The notes: a model not told the origin generated them from the sequence alone. Shown: positions 51,996 to 63,927, counted from the stretch's first letter. The stretch: 64,000 nucleotides of DNA from Acidiferrobacterales bacterium (GCA_046759385.1 JBHICC010000006.1:10721-74720), one strand, 5' to 3'. Translations and numbers: made by a program.

Positions 51996-53365
51996 TGTCG
52001 TTGGAAGAACTATCACAGGTTCTGAAGGCGCCCTTAGTCGGGACCGACGAGGTTTTCACGGGGATAAGTACAGACACTCGCAAAATCAGATCCGGAGATC
52101 TTTTTGTGGCAATAAAGGGTCCCAACTACGATGGCCACGATTTCCTGGCCGAGGCAAAACGCCACGGCGCGGCTGGGGCGATTGCCATGCGTGCGACTGA
52201 GGCGCCGTTGCCTTGCGTGCAAGTCGAGGATACTCGGCGTGCGCTCGGGCAGTTAGCAGCGTATTGGCGTTCTCGGTTCAATATTCCGGTCATTGCCGTA
52301 ACTGGCAGCAACGGAAAGACCACGGTGAAGGAGATGATCGCCGCTATCATGGCGCGGACAGGCCGTGGCTGTGTCACCGAAGGTAATCTAAACAACGATA
52401 TCGGCGCTCCGCTAACTCTATCGCGACTTCGCCCGCACGATCGCTTTGCCGTGGTTGAGCTCGGCACGAATCGACGGGGCGAGATGCGATATCTTGCCAC
52501 TATTACACGACCGACGATCGCGGTTGTCACCAATGCGGCGGAAGCCCATCTCGAAGGGGTCGGCACAGTCGAGCAGGTAGCGCGGGAGAAAGGTGAACTC
52601 TTTACCGCATTAGGACCGAAAGGGGTTGCGATTATCAATGCCGATGACGACTTTGCGGCGCTATGGCGTTCACTCGCCTCGCCTAGGAGATGCATTACCT
52701 TCGGCCTGCTTGGAGACGCTGATTTCACAGCGGATTACCATGCCGACAAGGTCGGCAGTGTGATCCGGATAAAAAGCGCAAACGTAGATTTCGAATTGCG
52801 GTTGCCTCTACTGGGTCAGCACAACGTCAGCAATGCGCTGGCGGCTACTGCAGCTGTTGCTGTCGCTGGCGCGCGCCCAGAGCACATCAAGGATGGCCTC
52901 GAGAAGTTGCGGGGTGTGTCTGGTCGCCTACAGCTAAAGGCCGGCCGCAACGGTGCACGCGTCATTGATGACACCTACAACGCGAACCCAGGGTCGATGG
53001 CCGCGGCTATCGCCGTCCTCAAAGATTTCCCAGGGGAATCAACGTTGGTGATAGGGGACATGGCCGAGCTCGGCGAGGCCGCCCCCAATATTCACCGCCG
53101 CGTCGGCAAGCTGGCAAAGGACGCAGGAATTACCTATTTGTTCACCATCGGTAAGCTGAGCAAGCTGGCAACGGAGAGTTTCGGCGAAGGTGCACGGCAT
53201 TTTTCTACACACGATGCCTTAACGAAGGCGCTCACCGAGCGCATGCGTGCTGACATGACGATTCTTGTGAAAGGATCACGGATCATGCAACTGGAGCGCG
53301 TCATCCGAGAGATCGCGAAGCCACGAGATGGTGAAGCAGGGAGAGCGACTGCGGCGAAAATCTAA
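51992..53365 (+). CDS. murF: UDP-N-acetylmuramoyl-tripeptide--D-alanyl-D-alanine ligase
   Basis: 457 aa (VTGSNGKTT). ATGA overlap with murE. Confidence 0.93.
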   Translation: MMSLEELSQVLKAPLVGTDEVFTGISTDTRKIRSGDLFVAIKGPNYDGHDFLAEAKRHGAAGAIAMRATEAPLPCVQVEDTRRALGQLAAYWRSRFNIPVIAVTGSNGKTTVKEMIAAIMARTGRGCVTEGNLNNDIGAPLTLSRLRPHDRFAVVELGTNRRGEMRYLATITRPTIAVVTNAAEAHLEGVGTVEQVAREKGELFTALGPKGVAIINADDDFAALWRSLASPRRCITFGLLGDADFTADYHADKVGSVIRIKSANVDFELRLPLLGQHNVSNALAATAAVAVAGARPEHIKDGLEKLRGVSGRLQLKAGRNGARVIDDTYNANPGSMAAAIAVLKDFPGESTLVIGDMAELGEAAPNIHRRVGKLAKDAGITYLFTIGKLSKLATESFGEGARHFSTHDALTKALTERMRADMTILVKGSRIMQLERVIREIAKPRDGEAGRATAAKI

Positions 53366-53377
53366 TGGCGAGGAACG

Positions 53378-54460
53378 ATGCTCTTTTATCTCTTTGACGA
53401 GTTGACGGGTCAATTCACGTTCTTCAACGTTTTCCGTTACCTGACGTTCCGGGGAATCTTGGGCGTACTTACGGCGCTCGTGATCTGTTTTGTCATTGGG
53501 CCAGCAATGATTCGGCGCCTGGGTTACCGACAGATACACCAGACAGTGCGAGATGATGGGCCGGAGACACACTTTTCCAAATCGGGCACGCCGACAATGG
53601 GCGGCGCGCTTATTCTCGTTGCTGTGCTTGTGGCGACGTTATTGTGGGCTGACCTCAGCAATCGCTTTGTGTGGGTATTGCTGTTCACGACCCTTTCCTT
53701 CGGTGCGATCGGTTGGATCGATGACCACAAGAAATTGGTCGACAAAGATCCTCGTGGTCTCGGCGCACGCAACAAGTTCTTGCTGCAGACAGCCGCGGGC
53801 CTAATAGCGGCGATATTTCTCTACTACACGGCCGAGACCCCGGTTGAGACGCAGCTGATCCTTCCGTTCTTTAAGCACTTCGCTCTCGACCTAGGGCCGT
53901 GGTTTGTGCTGTTGGCGTACTTGGTGATCGTCGGGTCTAGCAACGCGGTTAATCTGACCGATGGCCTCGATGGCCTCGCGATTTTGCCAGCCGTTATGGT
54001 AGCCGGTGCCCTCGGAATCTTTGCGTACGTTACTGGAAACACTCAGTTTGCCAACTACCTGGGAATTCCATATGTCGCTGGCGTCGGTGACGTGCTGATC
54101 TTTTGCGGTGCTCTGGTCGGAGCGGGGCTTGGATTTCTATGGTTCAACACCTATCCCGCGCAGGTATTCATGGGGGATGTCGGTGCATTGGCCCTCGGCG
54201 CCGCACTTGGCGTGATTGCCGTGGTTGTGCGCCAGGAAATCGTGCTGTTCGTCATGGGCGGGGTGTTCGTCATCGAGACCGTATCGGTAATGCTGCAGGT
54301 GGCGTCATACAAGCTCGTTGGCAGGCGCATCTTTCGCATGGCACCGCTGCATCACCACTTCGAGCTTAAAGGTTGGCCCGAACCGAGGGTAATCGTGCGT
54401 TTCTGGATCATTACCGTAATCCTGGTGTTGGTCGGACTGGCAACATTGAAGATCCGCTGA
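53378..54460 (+). CDS. mraY: phospho-N-acetylmuramoyl-pentapeptide transferase
   Basis: 360 aa, polytopic ([20 protein letters not shown]). Confidence 0.95.
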   Translation: MLFYLFDELTGQFTFFNVFRYLTFRGILGVLTALVICFVIGPAMIRRLGYRQIHQTVRDDGPETHFSKSGTPTMGGALILVAVLVATLLWADLSNRFVWVLLFTTLSFGAIGWIDDHKKLVDKDPRGLGARNKFLLQTAAGLIAAIFLYYTAETPVETQLILPFFKHFALDLGPWFVLLAYLVIVGSSNAVNLTDGLDGLAILPAVMVAGALGIFAYVTGNTQFANYLGIPYVAGVGDVLIFCGALVGAGLGFLWFNTYPAQVFMGDVGALALGAALGVIAVVVRQEIVLFVMGGVFVIETVSVMLQVASYKLVGRRIFRMAPLHHHFELKGWPEPRVIVRFWIITVILVLVGLATLKIR

Positions 54461-55824
54461 TGCAGGGATTAGCCGTGGCAACTGCAGCAACCAAACGGGC
54501 ACTCGTCGTTGGCCTTGGGCTTACGGGTCTTTCTTGCGCGCGCCATCTGACCGAGCGTGGTTATGGCGTGACTATGGTCGACAGTCGCGATCACCCACCG
54601 ATGCTAGATGAACTACGCGCATCTCTCGCTCACGTGGACTACCACACGGGCGACTTGAACCCTGATCTATTCGCAGATCCCGGTCTGCTTGTGGTTAGCC
54701 CAGGTATATCGCTACAGGAACCGGTAATCGCGCAGGCAATCGCACGAGGGAACCCCGCAATCGGCGACATTGAGCTGTTTGCGCAGGCGGCCGCGGCGCC
54801 GGTGGCCGCGATCACCGGCGTAAACGGCAAGAGCACCGTTACCGCGTTGGTGGGGGCCATGTGCCGGGAGGCGGGTCTTGACACGCGTGTAGGCGGCAAC
54901 ATCGGCGTGCCCGCGCTGTCTTTATTAGAGCATCATGCACCGGATGTCTATGTCCTAGAGCTTTCCAGCTTCCAGTTAGAGACGACGCATAGCCTGAACG
55001 CTCGCACCGCCAGCGTACTTAATATAAGTGCGGATCATATGGATCGTTACCACTCTCTCGAAGATTATGCCGCTGCCAAAGCGCGTATCTTCAATGGCGA
55101 TGGCGTCATGGTCTTGAACGCCGAAGATCCAGTAGTGACAGCGATGGCCCGGCCAAGTCGGGCAGTAGTTAGGTTTGGTCTCGTGCGCCCTGCCGAGTGC
55201 GACACTTTTGGGATCATAGTAAAAGATCGGACTGAGTGGCTCGGGCAGGGAAAGAACGCTTGGATACCGGCGAAGAGTGTCCAGCTACCCGGCCGGCACA
55301 ACTTGTCCAACGTACTCGCCGCAATGGCGATAGCGCATGCGTTCGGCGTCGACCCAGACGCGGTGCATCGGGCAGTCGCTTCGTTTCGTGGCCTCCCGCA
55401 TCGCAATCAAATCGTCGCCACGCATGAGGGTGTGATCTGGATCGACGATTCAAAAGCGACCAACGTCGGGGCGACTCTAGCCGCTTTAAAGGAAACAGCG
55501 CGACCCGTCGTATGGATCGCTGGTGGTCAAGCTAAGGGCGTCGATTTCGGGGTACTGAAGGATGTCGTCATCGCTAAGGCGCGCGCGCTAGTTTTAATCG
55601 GGCGCGACGCCGGGCTTATTGAAGCGGCACTCGCACGTACTGCGCCGATCATCCGCGCCGCTGATATGAGTGACGCTGTCTTACAGGCTGGACGTTTGGC
55701 ACGGCAGGGAGACGCGGTATTGCTGTCACCGGGATGTGCCAGCTTTGACATGTTTGACGGTTATGAGCATCGCGGCGAAGTATTCGCCGCAGCGGTACGT
55801 GAATATGTCGGATCGGGTGGTTGA
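54460..55824 (+). CDS. murD: UDP-N-acetylmuramoylalanine--D-glutamate ligase
   Basis: About 454 aa from ATG 54460 (TGATG junction with mraY). Motifs VVGLGLTGLS and ITGVNGKST. Confidence 0.92.
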   Translation: MQGLAVATAATKRALVVGLGLTGLSCARHLTERGYGVTMVDSRDHPPMLDELRASLAHVDYHTGDLNPDLFADPGLLVVSPGISLQEPVIAQAIARGNPAIGDIELFAQAAAAPVAAITGVNGKSTVTALVGAMCREAGLDTRVGGNIGVPALSLLEHHAPDVYVLELSSFQLETTHSLNARTASVLNISADHMDRYHSLEDYAAAKARIFNGDGVMVLNAEDPVVTAMARPSRAVVRFGLVRPAECDTFGIIVKDRTEWLGQGKNAWIPAKSVQLPGRHNLSNVLAAMAIAHAFGVDPDAVHRAVASFRGLPHRNQIVATHEGVIWIDDSKATNVGATLAALKETARPVVWIAGGQAKGVDFGVLKDVVIAKARALVLIGRDAGLIEAALARTAPIIRAADMSDAVLQAGRLARQGDAVLLSPGCASFDMFDGYEHRGEVFAAAVREYVGSGG

Positions 55825-55856
55825 GCGGAAACCTCGGGTATTGAGCATTGGGAGCC

Positions 55857-57032
55857 ATGATGAGTAGGGTGGGTGCGCGCAACCTTGGTACGCGCCGACG
55901 ACTGGCAGGCACGCCTCGCCCTGAGGGTGACACATGGCTTTTAGCGAGTGTTCTAGCGTTACTAGGGTTGGGGCTCGTGATGGTCTATTCGGCCTCGATC
56001 TCTATTGCAGAGCGAACCGTGGGAGACGGGAACTATTACCTTTGGCGCCAGTTAGTGGCCGTGGGCGTTGGATTTCTTTTGATGTACATCGTCATGCATA
56101 CACCCATGCGCCTGTGGGAGGCCGCGGGGCCGTATCTACTGATTATGGGGATGGTGTTGCTGGCGTTGGTCTTGATCCCGGGTATTGGTGTTACCGTGAA
56201 CGGCAGTTCGCGTTGGCTCAGACTAGGCGTTGTTAATCTTCAGCCATCGGAGTTAATGAAGCTCTTTATGGTTATCTATGTGGCTGGCTATTTTGTGCGC
56301 AAGCAGGAGGAACTCCATAACTTCACGCAAGGTGTCGTCATCATCGGTGTGGTAGTGGCCGCAGTAGGCGTGCTGTTGTTACAAGAACCGGATCTCGGGG
56401 CGGTAGTGGTGATCTGCCTGACCGTGTTGGGGATGCTGTTCTTGGCTGGTGTGCGTTTCTGGCATTTCGGTATCGTGACGGTGGCGGGGTTAGGCGGGAT
56501 GGCAGTGCTGACCCTCATATCGCCTTACAGATATGAACGCGTGATCGCCTTTCTGGATCCGTGGGCAGATCCGTTTAACAGCGGTTTTCAGCTCGTGCAA
56601 GCGTTGATCGCTTTCGGTCGCGGTGAGTGGTTGGGAGTCGGGCTGGGCGCGAGTGTGCAGAAGCTGTACTACCTACCGGCCGCGCATACGGACTTTATCT
56701 TCGCGGTGACGGCCGAGGAGCTCGGATTGCTGGGCGTGCTCGCCGTGATTGCGTTGTTCGGCGTACTGATCGTTAGGGCATTCCTTATTGCTAGGGAAGC
56801 AGAGCGGGTCGGTTTGCTGTATCCGGCCCGCCTTGCCCAGGGAATCGGTCTGCTGCTCGGGCTACAAGCGATGGTCAACATGGGCGTGAACATGGGCGTG
56901 TTGCCAACGAAGGGACTCACTCTGCCTTTTATGAGCTACGGCGGCAGTAGCATTGTTATGTGTTTTGTCGCTATCGGCCTGCTGTTGGCCATCGAACGCG
57001 AAACACGCGCCCATGCCTGGGGGGTGCATTGA
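55857..57032 (+). CDS. ftsW: peptidoglycan glycosyltransferase FtsW (SEDS family)
   Basis: About 391 aa, multi-TM (QPSELMKL, LPTKGLTLPFMSYGGSS). Start is ATG 55857 or TTG 55848. Confidence 0.92.
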   Translation: MMSRVGARNLGTRRRLAGTPRPEGDTWLLASVLALLGLGLVMVYSASISIAERTVGDGNYYLWRQLVAVGVGFLLMYIVMHTPMRLWEAAGPYLLIMGMVLLALVLIPGIGVTVNGSSRWLRLGVVNLQPSELMKLFMVIYVAGYFVRKQEELHNFTQGVVIIGVVVAAVGVLLLQEPDLGAVVVICLTVLGMLFLAGVRFWHFGIVTVAGLGGMAVLTLISPYRYERVIAFLDPWADPFNSGFQLVQALIAFGRGEWLGVGLGASVQKLYYLPAAHTDFIFAVTAEELGLLGVLAVIALFGVLIVRAFLIAREAERVGLLYPARLAQGIGLLLGLQAMVNMGVNMGVLPTKGLTLPFMSYGGSSIVMCFVAIGLLLAIERETRAHAWGVH

Positions 57033-57034
57033 GC

Positions 57035-58102
57035 ATGGTCATGGTCATGGCCGGTGGCACCGGTGGGCATGTGTTTCCCGGACTTGCGGTAGCGGAGTAT
57101 CTGCGCAACCAGGGCGTAGACGTAATCTGGCTGGGAACGCGAGCGGGACTCGAGGCACGCGCCATTCCAGCCGCTGGCTTCGACATCGACTGGATATCGA
57201 TTCGGGGCTTGCGGCGTCGTGGACTGCTAGGTTGGTTCCTATTTCCCGTCACATTGACCATCGCCATGGTGCAAGCGTGGCGCATACTGCTAAGGCGACG
57301 CCCCAACGTCGTACTAGCCATGGGCGGATTTGTCGCCGGTCCAGGTGGCCTGGTCGCGTGGCTAACACGCAAGCCGCTGCTGATTCATGAGCAGAACGCA
57401 GTGCCCGGTCTGACCAATCGCTGGATGGCACGCGTCGCTGACGAAGTCCTTTGTGGTTTTCCCGGGACCTTTAGGAATGCTCCACGTGCGAGACACGTGG
57501 GTAATCCGGTACGACGCGAGATCGCAACCCTCCCTGCCCCTGGAAAGACATCTCAACTGCCGGGCGCGTTGTCCCTGCTGGTTCTCGGCGGCAGTCAGGG
57601 TGCGCAGATCTTCAATGAGGTCGTGCCCGAGACCCTACGTTTGTTGAGCGGGGACTCACTTCCTGACGTCTGGCACCAATGCGGACGAAGTTGGACAGAA
57701 TCGACCGAGGCCGCCTATGAAGGGATAGCGTCTGCGCATCGCGTTACACCCTTTATCGATGACATGGCCGCTGCCTATCGCTGGGCAGATCTGGTTATCT
57801 GCCGTGCAGGGGCGATGACGATTGCCGAGCTCTGCGCGGCGGGCTGCGCAGCTATTCTGGTGCCGTACCCTCATGCCGTGGACGACCATCAGACAGCAAA
57901 CGCGAGGTTCCTCGCTGATCGGGAAGCAGCGGTTCTGTTGCCACAGGGCGAATTTGCGCCTCCGCGCCTGCGCGATCTGCTCAAACAACTCGGCCGTAAT
58001 AGAGACGTGTTAACAAAGATCGCAGTAAACGCACGTCGCTGCGCAGTCCCCGACGCTGCGGAGACAGTAGGTCAAGCATGTCTGGAGGCGATGCATGCGT
58101 AA
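57035..58102 (+). CDS. murG: UDP-N-acetylglucosamine--N-acetylmuramyl-(pentapeptide) pyrophosphoryl-undecaprenol N-acetylglucosamine transferase
   Basis: About 355 aa from ATG 57035 ([16 protein letters not shown]). Confidence 0.92.
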   Translation: MVMVMAGGTGGHVFPGLAVAEYLRNQGVDVIWLGTRAGLEARAIPAAGFDIDWISIRGLRRRGLLGWFLFPVTLTIAMVQAWRILLRRRPNVVLAMGGFVAGPGGLVAWLTRKPLLIHEQNAVPGLTNRWMARVADEVLCGFPGTFRNAPRARHVGNPVRREIATLPAPGKTSQLPGALSLLVLGGSQGAQIFNEVVPETLRLLSGDSLPDVWHQCGRSWTESTEAAYEGIASAHRVTPFIDDMAAAYRWADLVICRAGAMTIAELCAAGCAAILVPYPHAVDDHQTANARFLADREAAVLLPQGEFAPPRLRDLLKQLGRNRDVLTKIAVNARRCAVPDAAETVGQACLEAMHA

Positions 58103-59492
58103 TTGGGTGAAGCGCATTCATTTCGTCGGCATCGGTGGGATCGGCATGAGCGGCATCGCCGAAGTCCTCTCGAATTTGCGTTTCGAGGTGTCAGGATCGG
58201 ATGCTCGGGAGAGCGCGAACACACGACGTCTTGCGGATCTCGGCATATCTGTACACATCGGCCACGACGCGGCTTTGGTGGAGCAGACTGACGCCGTGGT
58301 CGTGTCATCGGCGATCAACGGGCGCAATCCGGAGGTGGCGGCCGCCAAACGGGCAAAGATTCCTGTTGTGCCGCGGGCCGAGATGCTCGGCGAGCTAATG
58401 CGTTTTCAACGTGGAATCGCGGTCACAGGCACGCACGGTAAAACAACGACGACCAGCCTAATTGCCTGTCTACTCGCCGAAGGGGGCCTTGATCCGACAT
58501 TCGTAATCGGTGGCCAGCTCAACAGTGCCGGCAGCAATGCGCGTTTGGGTAAGGGTGAGTATCTCGTTGCAGAGGCAGACGAGAGCGATGCGTCATTTCT
58601 GCATCTGCAACCTTTCGTAGCGGTGGTTACGAATATCGACAGTGATCATCTGATTACCTACGGCGGTGACTTCGCGCGACTAAAGCGTACGTTTCTCAAC
58701 TTCCTTCATAATCTGCCGTTTTACGGTTTGGCTGTGGTATGCCTGGATGATCCTGTAATACGCGAGATCATCCCGAGAATACAGCGACCCACTATCACCT
58801 ATGGCATGTGTTCCGATGCCGACGTTCGCGCGACTGGGGTCGAGCAGCGTGGTATGGAAATGCGCTTCACGGCGGAGATGAATAGCGAATCGCCAATGGA
58901 TCTGAAGCTACGTCAACCAGGTGAACACAATGTATTGAACGCGTTGGCAGCAGTAGCGGTAGCGAAAGAGCTTGGTGTTACTACACAAGCGATCGCCAAG
59001 GGCATGGACAATTTCGCAGGCATCGGCCGACGCTTTCAAATACTGGGTCGCACGAAACGGATAGGCGGAGAGGTCATTTTTGTGGACGACTATGCCCATC
59101 ATCCGCGTGAACTCGCGGTAACACTCGCGGCCGCGCGTCGCGGGTGGCCGGATCGTCGTCTGGTTGTGGTCTTCCAGCCTCATCGCTATACCCGAACACG
59201 TGATCTGCTAGCCGATTTCAGCACCGTGCTTCACGAGTTCGACCCACTTGTCATTACAGAGGTTTACAGCGCGGGTGAGGCGATGATCAGTGGTGCCGAT
59301 GGACGCGGGCTCTGCCGTGCCATTCGTGCCCGTGGTAAAGCGAATCCGATCTTCGTCGAGGACGTAGAACAACTACCGCACAAATTGAACGAGGTTGTGC
59401 GCGCTGGTGATGTCGTGATCACGTTGGGCGCTGGCAATATCGGTCAGGTCGCGTCGCAGCTTCCTCAGGCGCTTGCGGAGGAACGGCAATGA
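58095..59492 (+). CDS. murC: UDP-N-acetylmuramate--L-alanine ligase
   Basis: 465 aa ([29 protein letters not shown]). Confidence 0.95.
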   Translation: MRNWVKRIHFVGIGGIGMSGIAEVLSNLRFEVSGSDARESANTRRLADLGISVHIGHDAALVEQTDAVVVSSAINGRNPEVAAAKRAKIPVVPRAEMLGELMRFQRGIAVTGTHGKTTTTSLIACLLAEGGLDPTFVIGGQLNSAGSNARLGKGEYLVAEADESDASFLHLQPFVAVVTNIDSDHLITYGGDFARLKRTFLNFLHNLPFYGLAVVCLDDPVIREIIPRIQRPTITYGMCSDADVRATGVEQRGMEMRFTAEMNSESPMDLKLRQPGEHNVLNALAAVAVAKELGVTTQAIAKGMDNFAGIGRRFQILGRTKRIGGEVIFVDDYAHHPRELAVTLAAARRGWPDRRLVVVFQPHRYTRTRDLLADFSTVLHEFDPLVITEVYSAGEAMISGADGRGLCRAIRARGKANPIFVEDVEQLPHKLNEVVRAGDVVITLGAGNIGQVASQLPQALAEERQ

Positions 59493-60397
59493 TGACTGCC
59501 GATGACAGAGGCCATCTGCGGGGCAAGCTAGCGGTGAATGAGCCGATGTCGCGACACACAAGTTGGCGCGTCGGCGGACCGGCGGACCGCTATTATATCC
59601 CTGCAGACGTTTCTGACCTGCAACTGTTCCTCAGTACGCTGTCGCCTAATGAGTCGATCCATTGGCTCGGTCTAGGAAGTAATCTGTTGGTGCGCGACGC
59701 AGGTGTGCGTGGCACTGTAATCGCAACGACAGCAGCACTAAACGGTTTGCAAGCAATTGGATCGGAGCGTGTGCGAGCGGAGGCCGGTGTTCCCACTGCC
59801 AAAGTGGCTCGCTTCACGGTGGAGCGCGGCTTGTCTGGTGCGCAGTTTCTTGCCGGCATCCCCGGCACGATAGGCGGTGCGCTGGCGATGAATGCGGGTG
59901 CGTTTGGTGGAGAGATGTGGAACATCGTCGAGCGCGTAGAAACCGTCGATCGCCAAGGTTGCGTACGACAACGCCCGAGAGCCGATTTCCGAACTTCCTA
60001 TCGCCGCGTCGAAGGGCTGGACGGCGAGTGGTTCATTGCCGCACACCTGCTCCTAGGGCAAGGCGATCGCGCATCGGGCCGGGCGCGCATCAAGAGTTTG
60101 CTCGCCAAGCGTGGACAAACCCAGCCTACACAGATCCCCAATGCTGGTTCGGTATTCAAGAATCCACCGGATGATCACGCCGCGCGCCTGATCGACACGA
60201 CTGGTCTAAAAGGGCTGCGTGAAGGCAATGCATGCGTGTCAGAGCACCACGCAAACTTCATCGTCAATGAAGGCGCGGCGACCGCCGCGGACATAGAACG
60301 CTTGATAAACAAGATTCGCCAGCGTGTGGCGCAAGTGCAGGGGATAACCCTGGAGCTAGAAGTACGGATTATCGGCGAGGCCGACAAGGAAACATGA
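59489..60397 (+). CDS. murB: UDP-N-acetylenolpyruvoylglucosamine reductase
   Basis: 302 aa with an FAD-binding PCMH domain ([19 protein letters not shown]). Confidence 0.92.
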   Translation: MMTADDRGHLRGKLAVNEPMSRHTSWRVGGPADRYYIPADVSDLQLFLSTLSPNESIHWLGLGSNLLVRDAGVRGTVIATTAALNGLQAIGSERVRAEAGVPTAKVARFTVERGLSGAQFLAGIPGTIGGALAMNAGAFGGEMWNIVERVETVDRQGCVRQRPRADFRTSYRRVEGLDGEWFIAAHLLLGQGDRASGRARIKSLLAKRGQTQPTQIPNAGSVFKNPPDDHAARLIDTTGLKGLREGNACVSEHHANFIVNEGAATAADIERLINKIRQRVAQVQGITLELEVRIIGEADKET

Positions 60398-61209
60398 AAC
60401 GCACGAATAGACGACAGGCGCGACGCGTCGGTGCTACTAGAGCCCACTCAAGTAGCTGGCTTGCTGTTCGTGCTGACCCCTCCTTTAGGGCGGCAATCGT
60501 ATTGCTGTGGACCTTATTGCTGCTGGTGGTAGCAGCGCTGGCGCTAGACGCGTTGCTTCGTGCCGATAGGTTTCCGGTTGAGCACGTTGATTTTAAAGGC
60601 CCGTTTCAGCACGTCCAACGAGCACAGTTAGTTGAGGCGGTGGAGGCTGAAATCGACGGAAACTTCTTCGCGCTTGACCTGGACGCGATCAAGACACGTG
60701 TCGAGACATTACCTTGGGTCTATCGAGCATCGGTGCGTCGACAGTGGCCACGGGATCTGCACATCCATTTTACCGAGCAAGAGTTAGTAGCTAGCTGGCG
60801 AGACAACGTGTGGCTGAGTCGCACGGGCGAGCTCGTGCGATTGCGAAAATCAGTCGTTTCATCGTCACTCCCGCGGCTGCGCGGACCTGAGGGTACGCAC
60901 ACGCAAGTACTTGCTCAGTATCGTGATTTAAGCAGCAAGCTGAACAGCCTGGGATTGGCGGTTGCTGCGCTTGAGATGACCTCGCGCCGCAGTTGGCGTG
61001 TAGGCTTGGACAACGGTTTGATGTTGGTGCTAGAGCGAGGACATCCGACGGAAAAGGTCGAGCGTTTTGTACATGCATACAGAAGCTCGCTTGCCGCTTA
61101 TGCAAAGCGAATCAAGCAGGTGGACTTGCGCTATACCAACGGTTTTTCTGTGGAATGGATTAATCCGTCGGAAGCACTTTCACGGGCGGATTTAACTGAA
61201 GCTTACTAG
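60394..61209 (+). CDS. ftsQ: cell division protein FtsQ
   Basis: 271 aa with a basic N-terminus, one TM and a POTRA region. ATGA overlap with murB. Confidence 0.88.
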   Translation: MKRTNRRQARRVGATRAHSSSWLAVRADPSFRAAIVLLWTLLLLVVAALALDALLRADRFPVEHVDFKGPFQHVQRAQLVEAVEAEIDGNFFALDLDAIKTRVETLPWVYRASVRRQWPRDLHIHFTEQELVASWRDNVWLSRTGELVRLRKSVVSSSLPRLRGPEGTHTQVLAQYRDLSSKLNSLGLAVAALEMTSRRSWRVGLDNGLMLVLERGHPTEKVERFVHAYRSSLAAYAKRIKQVDLRYTNGFSVEWINPSEALSRADLTEAY

Positions 61210-61226
61210 AAAACAAGAGGTGAACT

Positions 61227-62468
61227 ATGCCGAAGCGGGACGATGAGCGGTTGGTCGTGGGTCTCGACATCGGGACATCCAAGGTATTGGCCATCGTTGG
61301 CGAGGTATCGCCGATGGGAGAGGTCGAGATTATCGGTGTCGGGCATCACCCTTCACGTGGTATGAAGAAAGGTGTGGTCGTCAACATCGAGTCGACTGTG
61401 CAGTCAATTCAACGTGCGGTAGAAGAAGCAGAGTTAATGGCGGGTTGCCAAATTCATTCGGTATATGCAGGGATCGCAGGTAGTCACATCAACAGTTTCA
61501 ACTCGCACGGTATCGTCGCTATCAAGGACAAGGAGGTCGGTTCAGGCGACGTCCACCGAGTTATGGAGGCCGCGCGCGCGTTGGCCATACCTACCGATCA
61601 AAAAGTTTTGCATATCCTTCCACAGGAATACGTGATCGACCAACAGGATGGCGTCCGCGAACCGATCGGCATGTGCGGGGTGCGGCTGGAAGCCAAAGTC
61701 CACATCGTCACCGGTGCGGTCAGTGCTGCGCAGAATATCATCAAGTGTGTCCGCCGATGCGGCCTCGAAGTCGATGAAGTTATTCTTGAACAACTAGCAT
61801 CGAGCACATCGGCGCTAACTGAGGACGAGAAGGAACTCGGTGTCTGCTTGGTAGATGTAGGCGGGGGCACTACCGACATCTCTGTGTTCACCGAAGGTGC
61901 GATTCGTCATACCGCGGTGATCCCGATTGCGGGCGACCAGGTGACCAACGATATCGCGGTGGCATTGCGCACGCCGACGCAATATGCAGAGGAAATCAAA
62001 AAAAAGTACGGGTGCGCACTGACAGAACTGGCACGCCGGGACGAGAGCATAGAGGTTCCAAGCGTCGGTGATCGCCCTCCGCGCAAACTGTCGCGTCAGA
62101 CGCTTGCAGAGGTAATCGAGCCGCGCATCGAAGAACTTTATGGTCTTGTGCTTGCGGAGCTGCGCCGCAGTGGCTTCGAGGACGTTATCGGATCCGGTGT
62201 TGTACTGACTGGCGGCAGCGCCAAGATGGAAGGGATGATCGATCTCGCCGAGGAGGTGTTCCATATGCCGGTGCGTCTTGGGGTGCCTCAGTACGTTGGC
62301 GGCCTGACGGGGGTTATTCACAACCCCATTTATGCCACTGGCGTTGGACTCGTTCTCTATGGTGCGCGTACCAGGAAGGGCGAGTGTTACACCGAGCACG
62401 TGCGCCCACCGGCTGGTGTTAAGGGAATGTTCACCAGAGCCCGCAGTTGGTTTCAGGGGAACTTCTAG
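61227..62468 (+). CDS. ftsA: cell division protein FtsA
   Basis: 413 aa, actin-like (VGLDIGTSKV, VDVGGGTTDI). Confidence 0.95.
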   Translation: MPKRDDERLVVGLDIGTSKVLAIVGEVSPMGEVEIIGVGHHPSRGMKKGVVVNIESTVQSIQRAVEEAELMAGCQIHSVYAGIAGSHINSFNSHGIVAIKDKEVGSGDVHRVMEAARALAIPTDQKVLHILPQEYVIDQQDGVREPIGMCGVRLEAKVHIVTGAVSAAQNIIKCVRRCGLEVDEVILEQLASSTSALTEDEKELGVCLVDVGGGTTDISVFTEGAIRHTAVIPIAGDQVTNDIAVALRTPTQYAEEIKKKYGCALTELARRDESIEVPSVGDRPPRKLSRQTLAEVIEPRIEELYGLVLAELRRSGFEDVIGSGVVLTGGSAKMEGMIDLAEEVFHMPVRLGVPQYVGGLTGVIHNPIYATGVGLVLYGARTRKGECYTEHVRPPAGVKGMFTRARSWFQGNF

Positions 62469-62537
62469 GGCAAACGCCGTGAACGTCAGGCGACATTTAA
62501 CGAATCTTATCTTTTCACTCAAACAGGAGAACTCACA

Positions 62538-63674
62538 ATGTTTGAACTGATGGACACCTACGGCCAACAGGCTGTTATCAAGGTGATCGGCATCGGTGGC
62601 GGCGGCGGCAATGCCGTTGATCACATGGTAGCGGCGAACATCGAAGGCGTTGAGTTCATCAATGCCAACACCGATGCCCAAGCCTTGAAGCGCTCCAGCG
62701 CATCCACTGTATTGCAGTTGGGAGCAAATCTGACGAAAGGGCTCGGTTGCGGTGCTGACCCAGCTCTCGGTCGTCAGGCAGCTGTCGAGGACCGCGAGCG
62801 GATCGCAGAGGTACTAGACGGAGCCGACATGGCATTCATAACGGCAGGGATGGGTGGCGGCACCGGCACGGGGGCGGGTCCAGTCATCGCACAGGTCGCA
62901 CAAGATCGGGGGATCTTATCGGTCGCTGTCGTGACCAAGCCGTTCTCGTTCGAGGGTAAGAAGCGTATGACCGTCGCCGAGCACGGAATACGCGAACTGT
63001 CGGAATATGTCGATTCAATTATTACGATACCAAATGAGAAATTGCTCACGGTGCTTGGCAAAGACGCCACATTGCTTGATGCGTTCGGTAAGGCAAACGA
63101 GGTTCTGCAAGGTGCTGTGCAGGGCATTGCCGAACTGATCACGCGTCCCGGACTCATAAACGTTGACTTTGCGGATGTGCGTACGGTCATGTCTGAAATG
63201 GGTATGGCGGTGATGGGCTCTGCTTCTGCAAACGGTGACAATCGTGCCAATGAGGCGGCGTTGTCCGCAATATCCAGCCCGCTGCTAGAGGACATCAACA
63301 TCTCGGGCGCGCGTGGGCTGTTGGTTAACGTAACCGCCGGGTTAGACATGTCTATCGGTGAATTTGAAGAGGTCGGTGGCACCGTTAAGGAGTTTGCCGC
63401 CGAGGATGCCACGGTCGTCGTCGGAACAGTCATCGATCCGGAAATGGAAGATGAGCTACGAGTGACGATCGTCGCTACTGGTTTGGGCCAAGGTAGCAAG
63501 CGACAACAGCCTTACCAGATCGTCAGGACAGGAACAGGGACCCTGGACTACGAACAGTTGGACACGCCCACGGTTATCCGCAACCGCCGAAGCGGCCAAG
63601 GTGAAACGGGGAGAGCTGAGGCGGGTCCGGAGTATTTGGATGTCCCTGCCTTCCTGAGGAAACAGGCCGATTAG
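62538..63674 (+). CDS. ftsZ: cell division protein FtsZ
   Basis: 378 aa with the tubulin signature GGGTGTGA and the C-terminal DVPAFLRKQAD. Confidence 0.97.
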   Translation: MFELMDTYGQQAVIKVIGIGGGGGNAVDHMVAANIEGVEFINANTDAQALKRSSASTVLQLGANLTKGLGCGADPALGRQAAVEDRERIAEVLDGADMAFITAGMGGGTGTGAGPVIAQVAQDRGILSVAVVTKPFSFEGKKRMTVAEHGIRELSEYVDSIITIPNEKLLTVLGKDATLLDAFGKANEVLQGAVQGIAELITRPGLINVDFADVRTVMSEMGMAVMGSASANGDNRANEAALSAISSPLLEDINISGARGLLVNVTAGLDMSIGEFEEVGGTVKEFAAEDATVVVGTVIDPEMEDELRVTIVATGLGQGSKRQQPYQIVRTGTGTLDYEQLDTPTVIRNRRSGQGETGRAEAGPEYLDVPAFLRKQAD

Positions 63675-63927
63675 CTAATAAAATCAAGGCCTCGCATCTC
63701 TTCCGTGCGTCTCATGCGCAGCGCACGGAGGCGCCGCTTCCAGCGAAATCCCGCGTGTCCCGCTTTCACTGGACACACATAAGCTTTTACATTTAAATAA
63801 CCACCGTCCCCAACTTGCGAGTCTAACCGGGGTCTGGGGAAAGGACCTGGAGGAGTGTTGCTGGCCGGCCGACAAGGACTGTCGCCACGACAACGAGGAG
63901 CTCAGCGACAATTAACAACTATAAATA

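Noticed and set aside
63675-63927. The 253-bp ftsZ-lpxC spacer with the hairpin CCGTGCG-N12-CGCACGG and ORF 63684-63911(-).
   Set aside because: The hairpin is short and lacks a T-tract. The minus-strand ORF has a low-complexity translation and no support.
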